From Candidatus Latescibacterota bacterium (GTDB taxonomy: Bacteria; Latescibacterota; UBA2968; UBA8231): a stretch of 64,000 nucleotides of DNA. The notes beneath the pieces are model-generated. The model saw only the letters and a list, made by a program, of their open reading frames with translations. It had not been told where the DNA came from and did no database searches. Location: positions 4,224,001 through 4,288,000 of the forward strand of contig OZ220089.1 in NCBI GenBank assembly GCA_964291625.2, in the 5' to 3' direction. Shown here piece after piece: positions 19,399-29,729 of the stretch (the first letter of the stretch is position 1; each line of letters opens with the position of its first letter). A program made the translations under genes and the position numbers.

Positions 19399-20130
19399 AT
19401 GCAGCTCAACCGCTTCCTCGCCCGCGCCGGTGTCGCTTCCCGGCGGCGGTGCGCGGACCTGATCTCCGCCGGCGCCGTGCGCGTCAACGGCGCGCCCGCA
19501 GCGGGGCCGGGGCACCGGATCGACCCCGTTCGGGACCGGGTGGAGCTCGAGGGCAGGGGCCGCGTGGCCCTGCCCGAAGGCTTCGAGTACGTTCTGCTCC
19601 ACAAGCGCCGCGACACCCTCGTCACGAGCCGCGACGAGCGCGGCCGGACCACGGTCTACGAGGGGCTGGAGCTGAGGCCCGGGACCGTGGCCGTGGGGCG
19701 CCTCGACCGCGACACCACGGGGGCCCTGCTGCTCACCGACGACGGCGATCTGGCCTACCGTCTGACCCATCCGCGCTACGGGATCGAGAAGCACTACGTC
19801 GCCGTCCTGCGGGGGAGGCCGGACGACGGCGCCCTGCGGCGGCTGCGGCAGGGGCTGGAGCTCGAGGACGGACCGACCGCCCCCGCCGGCGCGCGCCTCC
19901 TGGGCTACACCGGCGAAGGCCGGGGCCGGATCGAGCTGGTCCTCACCGAGGGCCGCAAGCACCAGGTCAAGCGCATGTGCATGGCCGTCGGCCACAAGGT
20001 GACGAGCCTGCGGCGGCAGAGCTTCGCCGGCCTGGCTCTCGGCGACCTGCGCGCCGGCCAGTGGCGCCGGCTGCGCCCCGCCGAGGTGGCGCGCCTTCGC
20101 CGGCGGGTGGGCCTGGGGCCGGATCGGTGA
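19399..20130 (+). CDS. rluB: rRNA pseudouridine synthase, RluB/RsuA family
   Basis: S4 domain LNRFLARAGVASRR, catalytic GRLDRDTTG, EGRKHQVKRM. Confidence 0.88.
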   Translation: MQLNRFLARAGVASRRRCADLISAGAVRVNGAPAAGPGHRIDPVRDRVELEGRGRVALPEGFEYVLLHKRRDTLVTSRDERGRTTVYEGLELRPGTVAVGRLDRDTTGALLLTDDGDLAYRLTHPRYGIEKHYVAVLRGRPDDGALRRLRQGLELEDGPTAPAGARLLGYTGEGRGRIELVLTEGRKHQVKRMCMAVGHKVTSLRRQSFAGLALGDLRAGQWRRLRPAEVARLRRRVGLGPDR

Positions 20131-20801
20131 CCGCAAGGGGGTTGACGATCGCCATCGACGGGGTCATCGGCGCCGGCAAGTCCACGGCGGCACGGGGGGC
20201 CGCAGCCGCCCTCGGCTACCGTCATCTCGACACCGGCGCCATGTACCGGGCGGTGGCCCTGGCCGCGAGCCGCCGCGGCGTCGAGCCCGGGGCCCCGGCG
20301 CTCGGGGCGTTCCTCGAGGGCCTGAGCCTCGAGTTCCCGGCGGGCCGGGGCGGGGGCCTTCACCTCGGGGGGGAAGATGTGAGTGAGGCCATCCGCAGTC
20401 CCGAGGTCTCGCGCTCGGTGGGGGCCTTCGCCGACGATCCCGTGGTGCGCCGCGTCCTGGTGCGGCGGCAACGCGAGATCGGCCGCCGCGGCGGCGTCGT
20501 CGCCGAAGGCCGCGACATGACCACGGTCGTCTTTCCCCATGCGGACCTGAAGGTGCGCATGGTCGCCGACCTGGAGGAAAGGGCCCGCCGCCGGCACCGC
20601 GAGTTCCTCGCCGCCGGCGTCGAGATCAGCCTGTCCCGCGTGCGCGCCGACATCCGCCGGCGCGACCGGGAGGACGCCGAGCGCGACTACGGCGTCGAGG
20701 GAGGAGCCCCGGAGGATGCGGTGGAGGTCGACACCAGCGGCCTGACGGCCGATCAGGTGGTGGACCGCATCCTGGCGCTGGCGCGCGAGCGCGGCGCTTG
20801 A
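20127..20801 (+). CDS. cmk: cytidylate kinase
   Basis: IAIDGVIGAGKST, DTGAMYRA, AEGRDMTTVVFP; upstream of rpsA. Confidence 0.93.
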   Translation: MTARGLTIAIDGVIGAGKSTAARGAAAALGYRHLDTGAMYRAVALAASRRGVEPGAPALGAFLEGLSLEFPAGRGGGLHLGGEDVSEAIRSPEVSRSVGAFADDPVVRRVLVRRQREIGRRGGVVAEGRDMTTVVFPHADLKVRMVADLEERARRRHREFLAAGVEISLSRVRADIRRRDREDAERDYGVEGGAPEDAVEVDTSGLTADQVVDRILALARERGA

Positions 20802-20933
20802 GGGGATCCCGTTTGCCGGCCCGCCACGAGGGCGAGCCGGTTCATCAACCCGGGTTTCCGGCCTGGCCGGAGCCCACAACCCTCCCGGCGCCGGCCTGAC
20901 GGGCGGCCCCGGAGGCGAGACGGAAGAAGCCAG

Positions 20934-22727
20934 ATGACCGAAGAGACCGCCGCGCCCGTGTACGGGCAGGCCAGCATCGAGGAGCTCGACCGGCCGGAGT
21001 ACGACGAGCAGGAGTTCGAGCAGCTCGCGCAGATGTACGACGACAGCTTCTCCGGCATCAAGGAAGGCGAGATCGTCAAGGGAAAGGTGGTGAACGTCAA
21101 CCCCAACGAGGTCCTCGTCGACATCGGGTTCAAGTCCGAGGGGGCGATCCCGATCCGCGAGTTCGGCGACGATCCGTCGGCGATCGACATCGGCCAGGAG
21201 ATCGACGTCTTCCTGGAGAACGTGGAGGATCTCGAAGGGTGCGTGGTGCTGTCCAAGCAGAAGGCCGACTTCATGCGTGTCTGGGACAGCATCAAGGACG
21301 CCCACGAGGGCGGCACGACGGTGCGCGGCCGGCTGATGCGCCGGATCAAGGGCGGCATCGTCGTCGACCTCCTCGGCGTCGAGGCCTTCCTGCCCGGGTC
21401 GCAGATCGACATCCGGCAGGTGAAGAACTTCGACCAGTACCTCGGCAACGACTACGAGTTCAAGATCATCAAGCTCAACAAGGCGCGGCGGAACATCGTC
21501 GTGTCGCGGCGATCCGTCCTCGAGGAGGAACGCGAGAAGATGCGCCAGGAGCTGGTGGCCGAGCTCGAGGACGGCCAGACCCGCGAGGGGGTGGTCAAGA
21601 ACATCACCGACTTCGGCGCCTTCATCGATCTGGGGGGCCTCGACGGCCTGCTGCACATCACCGACATGTCCTGGGGTCGCGTCTCGCACCCGTCGGAGAT
21701 GGTCTCCATCGGCGACCGCATCCGCGTCAAGGTCCTCAACTACGACCGCGAGCGGGAGCGCATCTCCCTGGGCCTCAAGCAGCTCACGCCCCATCCCTGG
21801 GACGACATCGGCGACCGGTTCCCGGAGGGCACCACCACCAAGGGCAAGGTGGTGAGCATCACCGACTACGGCGCCTTCGTCGAGCTCGAGGAGGGCATCG
21901 AGGGACTGGTGCACATCTCCGAGATGTCCTGGACCCAGCACGTGCGCCATCCCTCCAAGCTGGTCTCCATCGGCGACCAGGTGGAGGTGATGGTCCTCAA
22001 GCTCGACGTGGAGAACCAGAAGATCTCCCTGGGGATGAAGCAGACCGACCCCGATCCCTGGGAAACCCTCGACAACCGCTATCCGGGCGGCACCCGCCTG
22101 GAGGGCACGGTGAAGAGCCTGACCAACTTCGGCGCCTTCGTCGAGATCGAGGAGGGCATCGACGGCCTCGTGCACATCTCGGACATGTCCTGGACGCGCC
22201 GCATCCGCCAGGCCAGCGAGATGTTCAAGAAGGGGGACGTCATCCCCGTGGTGGTCACGGATATCGACAAGAAGCGGCGCCGCATCTCCCTGAGCCACAA
22301 GACCGCCTTCGAGAACCCGTGGCCGGAGCTGGTCAGGATCTACGCCGTCGGCACCGAGTCGAAGGGCACGGTGTCGCGCATGCTCGAGCGCGGTATCGTG
22401 GTCGGCCTCGAGAACGACGTGGACGGCTTCGTGCCCCTGTCGCAGCTCGCCATCGACGGGCTGCAGACTCCCCGGCAGAGTTTCGAGGTCGGCCAGGAGC
22501 TGCCGCTGAGGGTGATCGAGTTCGACGAGGAGCAGAAGAAGATCGTCCTCAGCGTCCTCGAGTACCTGCGCGACAAGGACCAGAGCGAGGTCGACGCGTA
22601 CGCCGCCGCCCACCCGGTGCGGGAGGTCGAGGAGGCCGAGGAGCCCGAGGATCAGGACGAGGAGATGGAGAGCTGGGGCGACGCCGACTCCGGCGCCGAC
22701 TCGGAGAAGGAGGAGGAGACGGCCTGA
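20934..22727 (+). CDS. rpsA: 30S ribosomal protein S1
   Basis: Six S1 repeats (DFGAFIDLGGLDGLLHITDMSW etc.). Confidence 0.97.
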   Translation: MTEETAAPVYGQASIEELDRPEYDEQEFEQLAQMYDDSFSGIKEGEIVKGKVVNVNPNEVLVDIGFKSEGAIPIREFGDDPSAIDIGQEIDVFLENVEDLEGCVVLSKQKADFMRVWDSIKDAHEGGTTVRGRLMRRIKGGIVVDLLGVEAFLPGSQIDIRQVKNFDQYLGNDYEFKIIKLNKARRNIVVSRRSVLEEEREKMRQELVAELEDGQTREGVVKNITDFGAFIDLGGLDGLLHITDMSWGRVSHPSEMVSIGDRIRVKVLNYDRERERISLGLKQLTPHPWDDIGDRFPEGTTTKGKVVSITDYGAFVELEEGIEGLVHISEMSWTQHVRHPSKLVSIGDQVEVMVLKLDVENQKISLGMKQTDPDPWETLDNRYPGGTRLEGTVKSLTNFGAFVEIEEGIDGLVHISDMSWTRRIRQASEMFKKGDVIPVVVTDIDKKRRRISLSHKTAFENPWPELVRIYAVGTESKGTVSRMLERGIVVGLENDVDGFVPLSQLAIDGLQTPRQSFEVGQELPLRVIEFDEEQKKIVLSVLEYLRDKDQSEVDAYAAAHPVREVEEAEEPEDQDEEMESWGDADSGADSEKEEETA

Positions 22728-22750
22728 GCCGCCGGTCAGCAGCATCGCTG

Positions 22751-22787
22751 GAGCGCGGCCGGCGCAGGGGTCCGGCCGCGCTCTTTT
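22751..22787 (+). terminator. intrinsic terminator after rpsA
   Basis: Stem GAGCGCGGCCGG / CCGGCCGCGCTC followed by TTTT. Confidence 0.75.
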
Positions 22788-22818
22788 CGTGTTCCGGGGG
22801 GTCGTTATCTTAGCGCTC

Positions 22819-25449
22819 ATGGCCGAGTCCAAGCTGTCGCCGGCGATGGAGCAGTACATGCGCTTCAAGCGCGAGCACGACGACGCCATCCTGTTCTTCC
22901 GCATGGGCGACTTCTACGAGATGTTCTTCGAGGACGCCCGCGAGGCGGCCCGTCTCCTCGGCCTGACCCTGACCTCGCGCAACCACGGCAAGACCTCCGG
23001 CGACGTGCCCCTGGCCGGTGTCCCCCACCACGCGATGGAGGGGTACGTGGCCCGCCTCATCGGCATGGGGCGCAAGGTGGCGATCTGCGAGCAGGTGGAG
23101 GACCCGAAGAAGGCCAGGGGCCTGGTCAAGCGCGACGTGGTGGAGATCGTCTCCCCCGGGACGGCCCTGTCCGACAGCATGCTCGACGGCCAGCGCAACA
23201 ACTACATCGCCAGCCTCTGCGTCCGGGGCCCGGCGGCGGGCATCGCCTGGGTCGACCTGTCCACGGGCGACTTCGCCGTAGAGGAGGTGGCCTCCTCCGA
23301 CCTGGACGACGAGGTCGAACGGTCGGCACCGGCAGAGCTGGTCGTGGGCGAGGACTTCGACGGGCAGCGCCTCGAGAGCCTGACGGCGGCCCTGCCCGGC
23401 GCCGCCGTCACCCGCATCGAGGACTGGCGCTTCGAGTATCACACCGCCCGCGAGGCCCTGCTGGATCAGCTCGGGGTCCGCTCCTTGAAGGGGTACGACT
23501 GCGAGGACCTCGATCTCGGTGTGCGCGCCGCGGGCGCCGCCGTCGCCTACCTGCGCGAGAACCAGCGTTCCACCGTGGCCCACGTGCAGCGGCTGCGCCG
23601 CCGCCGCCGGGAGAGCTGCCTGCTCCTCGACGCCACGGCCCAGCGAAACCTCGAGCTGGTGGCCAACCAGCAGGACGGAGGCCGCGAGGGGTCCCTGCTG
23701 AACGTCATCGACCGCACGTGCACCCCCATGGGGGCCCGCCTGCTGCGGCAGTGGCTGCTTTCGCCCCTGCGCGACCCCGCCGGGATCGGCCGGCGCCACG
23801 ACGCCGTGGAGGCCCTGGCCGCCGCGCGCCCGGAGCGCGCCCGCCTCCGGGAGCAGCTGGAGCGCGTCGGCGACGTGGAGCGCATGATGGCCCGCCTCTG
23901 CTGCCGGCGGGGCACGCCCCGCGACCTCTCCGGCCTGGCCGCCTCCCTCGAGGCCCTTCCGGACATCGCCGCCGTGGCCGCGGCCTTCCACGCCGACCTG
24001 CTGCGGCGCCTGTGCGGCCCCGATCTGCCCGACCTGGGGCCTCTCGTCGCCCTGGTGCGCAAGGGCCTGGTGGACGACCCGCCCGCCGTGGTCGGCGACG
24101 GCGGGGTCATCCGCGAGGGCTACGACGCCGGCCTCGACGAGCTGCGGCTCGTTTCCTCCGGGGGGCGCGAGTGGATCGCCCGGCTGCAGGCGGAGGAGCG
24201 CCGGCGCACGGGGATCAACAGCCTCAAGATCGGCTTCAACCAGGTCTTCGGGTACTACATCGAGGTGAGCAAGGCGAATCTCGAGCGGGTGCCGGAGGAC
24301 TACACGCGCAAGCAGACCCTGGCCAACGCCGAGCGCTTCGTCACCCCGGAGCTGAAGGAGCAGGAGGCCAGGGTCCTCCAGGCCGAGGAGCGCATCGGCG
24401 CCCTCGAGGCGGAGCTCTTCGCCGATCTGCGCGACCGCGCGGCGCGCCACTCCGCCGAGGTTCAGCAAGCCGGCGCCGCGGTGGCCGCCGTCGACGTCCT
24501 CGTCGGGCTGGCCGAGGCGGCGGTGGCCGGGGACTACGTGCGCCCTGCCGTCGACGACGGCCCGGTCATCGAGATCGAGGGCGGACGCCACGCCGTCGTC
24601 GAGGGCCGGCTGCCGCAGGGCCGCTTCGTGCCCAACGACGTGAACCTGGACTGCGACGGCGACCAGGTCCTGTTGGTGACGGGACCGAACATGGCCGGCA
24701 AGTCGACGATCATCCGCCAGGTGGGGCTCATCGTCGTCCTCGCCCAGATGGGCGCCTTCGTCCCCGCCCGCGGCGCCCGCATCGGGGTCGTGGACCGCGT
24801 CTTCACCCGTGTCGGCGCCTCCGACGATCTCGCCCGCGGCGAGAGCACCTTCATGGTCGAGATGAACGAGGCCTCCACGATCCTCAACAACGCCGGTTCC
24901 CGCAGTCTGATCCTGATGGACGAGCTCGGCCGCGGCACCAGCACCTACGACGGCCTCAGCCTCGCCTGGGCGGTCGTCGAGTACCTCCACGACAACGGCC
25001 TGGTGCGCCCGCGAACGCTCTTCGCCACCCACTACCACGAGCTCACCCAGCTGGAGGACCGCCTCGACCGGGTCCGCAACGTCAACGTCCGGGTGCGCGA
25101 GGAGGGCGACCGCGTCCTCTTCCTGCACCGCCTGGCCCCCGGCCCCTGCGACCGCAGCTACGGCATCCACGTGGCCCGCATGGCGGGCATGCCCGGCGCC
25201 GTCCTGCGGCGCGCCGAGGAGATCCTCGCGGGCCTCGAGGCGGGGGACGGCGCCTCCGCCGGGAGCGGGGGGCGGGCCGTCGACCCCTCGCAGATGGACC
25301 TCTTCGGCCAGGGCTCGCCGCCGGAGGCCTCCCGCCTGCTGCGGGAGCTGCGCGACCTCGACCTGGACCGTACCACCCCGATGGAGGCCCTGGAGCTGCT
25401 GAGCCGGTGGCGGCGGCAGGCGGACTCCGATTCCGGGGAGCCGGCCTGA
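22819..25449 (+). CDS. mutS: DNA mismatch repair protein MutS
   Basis: FFRMGDFYEMF, GPNMAGKST, DELGRGTST, SYGIHVA, QMDLF clamp-binding-like motif. Confidence 0.97.
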   Translation: MAESKLSPAMEQYMRFKREHDDAILFFRMGDFYEMFFEDAREAARLLGLTLTSRNHGKTSGDVPLAGVPHHAMEGYVARLIGMGRKVAICEQVEDPKKARGLVKRDVVEIVSPGTALSDSMLDGQRNNYIASLCVRGPAAGIAWVDLSTGDFAVEEVASSDLDDEVERSAPAELVVGEDFDGQRLESLTAALPGAAVTRIEDWRFEYHTAREALLDQLGVRSLKGYDCEDLDLGVRAAGAAVAYLRENQRSTVAHVQRLRRRRRESCLLLDATAQRNLELVANQQDGGREGSLLNVIDRTCTPMGARLLRQWLLSPLRDPAGIGRRHDAVEALAAARPERARLREQLERVGDVERMMARLCCRRGTPRDLSGLAASLEALPDIAAVAAAFHADLLRRLCGPDLPDLGPLVALVRKGLVDDPPAVVGDGGVIREGYDAGLDELRLVSSGGREWIARLQAEERRRTGINSLKIGFNQVFGYYIEVSKANLERVPEDYTRKQTLANAERFVTPELKEQEARVLQAEERIGALEAELFADLRDRAARHSAEVQQAGAAVAAVDVLVGLAEAAVAGDYVRPAVDDGPVIEIEGGRHAVVEGRLPQGRFVPNDVNLDCDGDQVLLVTGPNMAGKSTIIRQVGLIVVLAQMGAFVPARGARIGVVDRVFTRVGASDDLARGESTFMVEMNEASTILNNAGSRSLILMDELGRGTSTYDGLSLAWAVVEYLHDNGLVRPRTLFATHYHELTQLEDRLDRVRNVNVRVREEGDRVLFLHRLAPGPCDRSYGIHVARMAGMPGAVLRRAEEILAGLEAGDGASAGSGGRAVDPSQMDLFGQGSPPEASRLLRELRDLDLDRTTPMEALELLSRWRRQADSDSGEPA

Positions 25450-25480
25450 CCGTGCTCGCCGCCGCCGGCCCGCCGACGCC

Positions 25481-26233
25481 TTGAGCCGTCCCGGCGGCGA
25501 CGACGTCCTCTTCGGCCGGCGGCCCGTCCTCGCGGCGTTGCAGTCGGAGCGGCCGGTCCACCGCCTCCTCCTGGTGCGCGGAGGCCGCGGCGACGTGGTC
25601 GACGAGATCCGGGCCCGGGCCCGCCGGCTCGGCGTGGCGGTGGACGTGCGCGACCGCCCGGCTCTGGACCGGGCCGCCGGGGGCGGCAACCACCAGGGCG
25701 TGGTGGCCCTGCTGGCGGCCCGCTCCTACGCCGACTTCGAGCAGGTCCTGTCCGGGGCCCGGGAGGCCGGCTTCCTGGTCTTCCTCGACGGCATTCAGGA
25801 CCCGCACAACCTCGGCGCCATCCTGCGCACCGCCCACGCCCTGGGGGCCGACGCCGCCGTCATCCCCCGACGCGGCGGCGCCGGGCTGACCTCGACTGCA
25901 GCCAAGGCCGCCGCCGGGGCTGCCGAGCAGCTCCCCCTCTGCCGGGTGGCCAACCTCCGCCAGGGCCTCACCCGGGCCCGCGGGGCCGGACTGTGGGTCA
26001 CCGGCCTCGACTCCGCCGCCGACCGGTCCTTCGAATCCCTCGACTTCACCGGCCCCGGAGCCCTCGTCGTCGGCGCCGAGGGGCGCGGCCTGCGGCCCCT
26101 GGTCCGCCAGAGCTGCGACTTCGTCGCCCGCATCCCCATGGGCCGGGAGCAGGCCGGCTCGATGAACGCCTCCGTCGCCGCCGGCATCGCCCTCTACGAG
26201 GTCTTCCGCCAGCGCCGCGGCGCCCGACCTTGA
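25481..26233 (+). CDS. rlmB: 23S rRNA G2251 2'-O-methyltransferase (TrmH/SpoU family)
   Basis: NHQGVVA, DPHNLGAILR, GAEGRG, SMNASVA. Confidence 0.9.
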   Translation: MSRPGGDDVLFGRRPVLAALQSERPVHRLLLVRGGRGDVVDEIRARARRLGVAVDVRDRPALDRAAGGGNHQGVVALLAARSYADFEQVLSGAREAGFLVFLDGIQDPHNLGAILRTAHALGADAAVIPRRGGAGLTSTAAKAAAGAAEQLPLCRVANLRQGLTRARGAGLWVTGLDSAADRSFESLDFTGPGALVVGAEGRGLRPLVRQSCDFVARIPMGREQAGSMNASVAAGIALYEVFRQRRGARP

Positions 26234-28632
26234 GCTCGCGCGGCCGACTCCTCAACCCGGTGATGGCCCTCTTCGCCGCCGGGGCCGCCGCCGCCGGGGA
26301 GCCCGACGAGGAGCTGGACCGCCTCCGGGAGCTGCTGCGGGCGGCGCCGGACAGCGGCTTCGCATACCGGGCCGACCGCTACGTCGACTACGCCGAGCCG
26401 GACTCGATCCTCCTCGACGGCAACGCCGTGGTCGAGCATCGCGGCGCCCGGCTGGAGTCGGCGCGGATGGTCTACCTGAGAGACCGCCGCATCGTCGTCG
26501 CCCGGGCCGGCGTGGACAGCAGCGGCCGGCCCTTCGGGGTCCCCACCCTGACCCGGGGGGAGGACGTGCTGAAGGGGGAGTCCATCGTCTACGACATCGA
26601 GTCGGGGGAGGGCCTGATCCGCCGGGGCCGCATCGGTCACGGCGACGGGTTCTACGCCGGCCGGCGCATCCGCACCCGCAACGAGGAGGAGTTCCACGTG
26701 GGCTCGGGGTCGTACACGACCTGCGACGAGGAGGTGCCCCACTTCGACTTCTACAGCCCCCGGATCAAGGTCCTGGTGGGGGACATGGCCATCGCCCGGC
26801 CCGTGTACTTCCGCGTCGCCGAGCGGCGGCTGTTCTGGATCCCCTTCTACGTGTTCTCCCTGCGCGAGGACCGCCAGTCGGGGATGCTCACCCCGGGCTT
26901 CGGACGGCGGCCGGTCTCGTACGGCAGCTCCCTCACCGAGTGGGAGGTGCGGGACCTGGGATATTACCTCGCCCCCAGCGACTACTGGGACCTGACGCTG
27001 GCCGCCGACCTGCGCCAGCGCTCGGGGTGGCTCGCCCGGGGCGCCCTGGCCTACGCCTGGCGCTACCACTTCGACGGCGGGCTGCAGACCCGCCTGCAGA
27101 GCTTCCAGTCCGGGGACCGCACCAGCTGGTCCTGGTGGCTGTCGGGCAACCACCGCCAGGACCTCGGCCCGGGGTCGAGTCTGCGCGCCACGGGAACCTT
27201 CGTGAGCGACCGGGACTTCCTGCGCAACAACGCCACCCGCCTCGGCGACCGCCTGCAGCGGACCCTGCGCTCCAATCTCCGCTACGTAAAGAGCTGGCGG
27301 CAGGCGGGGTGGTCCCTGAGCGCCGGAGCCAGCCGGACGAAGTACCTGGACTCGGGAAGGTCCGACGACGTGCTGCCCGAGATCAGCCTGCGATCGAACC
27401 GCAGGGCCCTCTTCCCGTCGACGGGGACCGACCGGCGGGGCTGGGGCTCGCGCGTCTTCTACGACGTCAGCCTGCGCCTGCGCCGCACCCGTCAGCACCT
27501 GGCCGGGTCGCGGAGCGAACGCACCCGCGGCGAGGCCAGCCTGGGCCTGTCCTCGCAGCAGCGGCCGCTGAGCTGGCTCAATCTCAATGGCGCGGTGAGC
27601 AGCCGCTGGCTCGACCCGGATCTGCGCGCCGGCGACACCGAGGGCGTGCGCAGCGATCGGCTGCGAGCTGCGGCGACCCTGTCACAGACCCTCTACGGAC
27701 TGTTCCATCCGGCCCTGGGACCGGTGACGGCGCTGCGCCACGTGCTCAAGCCCGACGCCGGACTCTCCTTCAGCGCCACCCGCGCCGACAGCGGCGGCAT
27801 CGGCTTCCGTGGGCGCGCCGGCGACTGGCGCACCAGCCGCCGGCTGAACTTCCGGCTCTACAACACGTTCTGGGTGAAGCTGCTCCAGGGGGAGGAGGAG
27901 CTGAAGCACCGATTGGCGCAGCTGAACCTGTCCACTTCGTACGACTTCGACAGCCGGAGCGAGCCCCTCTCGGACCTGGTTACCCGCCTCACCCTGGACG
28001 CGGGCCGGCGCCTGAGGACGAGACTGAGCCTGCGCTCGGAGTTCTACGACGACGAGAAGAGGCTGATCCCGCCCCGGGTGGGCCGGTTCGTGGTCGACAC
28101 CACTCTGCGCCTGGCCTCCAGCCCCGGGGGCCCGGGAGGCGGCCTGGAGGAGGAGCGGGGGGGAGCCTACGGTCCCTCCAGCCGCGGGTCCAGCTACGGA
28201 GAGGACTCCTACGGCGCCTACCGCGCCGGCGGCGGGTTCGGCTACGACAGCGGCCTGCAGCAGGACATCCGCCGAGGGCCGGGCCGGCGGCTGCAGGTGG
28301 GCCACTACTACTCGCGCCAGCGCCGGGCGGGGGGCGCGGACTCCGAGAGCTCCCGGCTGCAGGCTTCCGTCGGGGGCCGCCTTCCCGGCGGCTGGCACCT
28401 CGACTATTCCGTGTACTACAATCTCAAGGAGCCGGGAGTCGCCTTCCTCGACGCCGGACGGGTCTCCGCCGAGCTTCTGTCCCTGCAACGCTCCTTCCAC
28501 GACTGGACCGCGACCCTGAATATCGAGCCGAGCCGCTTCGCCAGGGACCGCGCCTTCTACTTCAAGGCGCAGCTCAAGGACATCCCCCAGATCCGCTTCG
28601 AGCGCGGCGACCGCCGACGCCGGAGGCTCTGA
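26230..28632 (+). CDS. lptD: LptD-like LPS-assembly outer-membrane protein
   Basis: Jellyroll-type N-terminus with YTTCD..PHF, RQSGMLTP, beta-barrel-like C-terminus; TTG start inferred. Confidence 0.7.
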   Translation: MSSRGRLLNPVMALFAAGAAAAGEPDEELDRLRELLRAAPDSGFAYRADRYVDYAEPDSILLDGNAVVEHRGARLESARMVYLRDRRIVVARAGVDSSGRPFGVPTLTRGEDVLKGESIVYDIESGEGLIRRGRIGHGDGFYAGRRIRTRNEEEFHVGSGSYTTCDEEVPHFDFYSPRIKVLVGDMAIARPVYFRVAERRLFWIPFYVFSLREDRQSGMLTPGFGRRPVSYGSSLTEWEVRDLGYYLAPSDYWDLTLAADLRQRSGWLARGALAYAWRYHFDGGLQTRLQSFQSGDRTSWSWWLSGNHRQDLGPGSSLRATGTFVSDRDFLRNNATRLGDRLQRTLRSNLRYVKSWRQAGWSLSAGASRTKYLDSGRSDDVLPEISLRSNRRALFPSTGTDRRGWGSRVFYDVSLRLRRTRQHLAGSRSERTRGEASLGLSSQQRPLSWLNLNGAVSSRWLDPDLRAGDTEGVRSDRLRAAATLSQTLYGLFHPALGPVTALRHVLKPDAGLSFSATRADSGGIGFRGRAGDWRTSRRLNFRLYNTFWVKLLQGEEELKHRLAQLNLSTSYDFDSRSEPLSDLVTRLTLDAGRRLRTRLSLRSEFYDDEKRLIPPRVGRFVVDTTLRLASSPGGPGGGLEEERGGAYGPSSRGSSYGEDSYGAYRAGGGFGYDSGLQQDIRRGPGRRLQVGHYYSRQRRAGGADSESSRLQASVGGRLPGGWHLDYSVYYNLKEPGVAFLDAGRVSAELLSLQRSFHDWTATLNIEPSRFARDRAFYFKAQLKDIPQIRFERGDRRRRRL

Positions 28633-28633
28633 G

Positions 28634-29092
28634 GTGCGGGTCCTCCTGCAGCGTGTGCGCTACGGGCGCGTCGCCGTCGACGGCGAGACTTGCGGGCGCA
28701 TCGGCCCGGGCCTGGTGGCCCTCGTCGGCATCCACCGGGACGACGGCGCCGAGGAGGTCCGCTTCTGCGCCGACAAGTGCGCCGGCCTGCGCATTTTCGC
28801 CGACGACGGGGGGCGCTTCAACCGCTCCGTCCTGGAGGCGGAAGGAGCGATACTGGCCGTCTCCCAGTTCACGCTCCATGCCGACTGCCGGCGGGGCCGG
28901 CGTCCGAGTTTCTCCGAAGCCGCCCCCCCGGCGGTGGCGGCGGGGCTCTTCGAGGCCTTCGTGGAGCGTCTGCGGGCGGAACACGGGCTGCACGTGGAGT
29001 GCGGGCGTTTCGGCGCCCACATGGACGTCGAGCTGGCCAACGACGGGCCCGTCACCGTCCTCGTCGAGAGTCCGCGCCGGGAGGAGGGCTGA
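28634..29092 (+). CDS. dtd: D-aminoacyl-tRNA deacylase
   Basis: LQRV, SQFTL, GRRPSF, FGAHM, NDGPVT. Confidence 0.95.
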   Translation: MRVLLQRVRYGRVAVDGETCGRIGPGLVALVGIHRDDGAEEVRFCADKCAGLRIFADDGGRFNRSVLEAEGAILAVSQFTLHADCRRGRRPSFSEAAPPAVAAGLFEAFVERLRAEHGLHVECGRFGAHMDVELANDGPVTVLVESPRREEG

Positions 29093-29093
29093 G

Positions 29094-29729
29094 CTGCCGG
29101 CCAATCCTGCCCTGGTGCTGGCTTCGGCCTCGCCGAGGCGCGCCGACCTGCTCCGGCAGCTGCGCATGCCCTTCGAGCAGGTGGTGAGCCCCGTCGAGGA
29201 GCCCGAGCCCGACGGCGGCGACCCGAAGGCGTTCGTGATCCGGTCGGCCACCGCCAAGGCCCGGGCGGTGGCCGCTCTCCTCGCCCCGGACAGGGGGACG
29301 CCCGGCGATCGCGGGGGCTCGACCCTCGTCATCGGGGCGGACACCGTGGTCTGCTGCGACGACAGGGTCCTGGGCAAGCCCGGCAGCCCGGAGGAGGCGG
29401 CGCGCACCCTGCGCTGGCTCGCCGGACGCCAGCACACCGTGTGCACCGGAGTGGCCGTGCTCGGGCCTGGGCCCGACCGGGTCGCCACCGCCTGCGAGAC
29501 CTCCCGGGTGACCCTGTGCGCCATGTCGGAAGCCGCCGTCATCTCGTACGTGGCGACGGGAGAACCCCTCGACAAGGCCGGCAGCTACGCCATTCAGGGT
29601 CTGGGCGCCCGCTTCGTTGAATGTGTGGAAGGGTGTTACTATAATGTGGTAGGTCTGCCCCTGGCCCGGCTCTGCTCTCTCCTCCGGTCGGCGGGGTACG
29701 ACACCGATTCGATCCAGGATTCAGGATGA
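29094..29729 (+). CDS. maf: Maf-family nucleotide pyrophosphatase
   Basis: LASASPRR, GADTVV, DKAGSYAIQG, NVVGLP; start uncertain (CTG 29094 after GAGGAGG, or GTG 29115). Confidence 0.88.
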   Translation: MPANPALVLASASPRRADLLRQLRMPFEQVVSPVEEPEPDGGDPKAFVIRSATAKARAVAALLAPDRGTPGDRGGSTLVIGADTVVCCDDRVLGKPGSPEEAARTLRWLAGRQHTVCTGVAVLGPGPDRVATACETSRVTLCAMSEAAVISYVATGEPLDKAGSYAIQGLGARFVECVEGCYYNVVGLPLARLCSLLRSAGYDTDSIQDSG

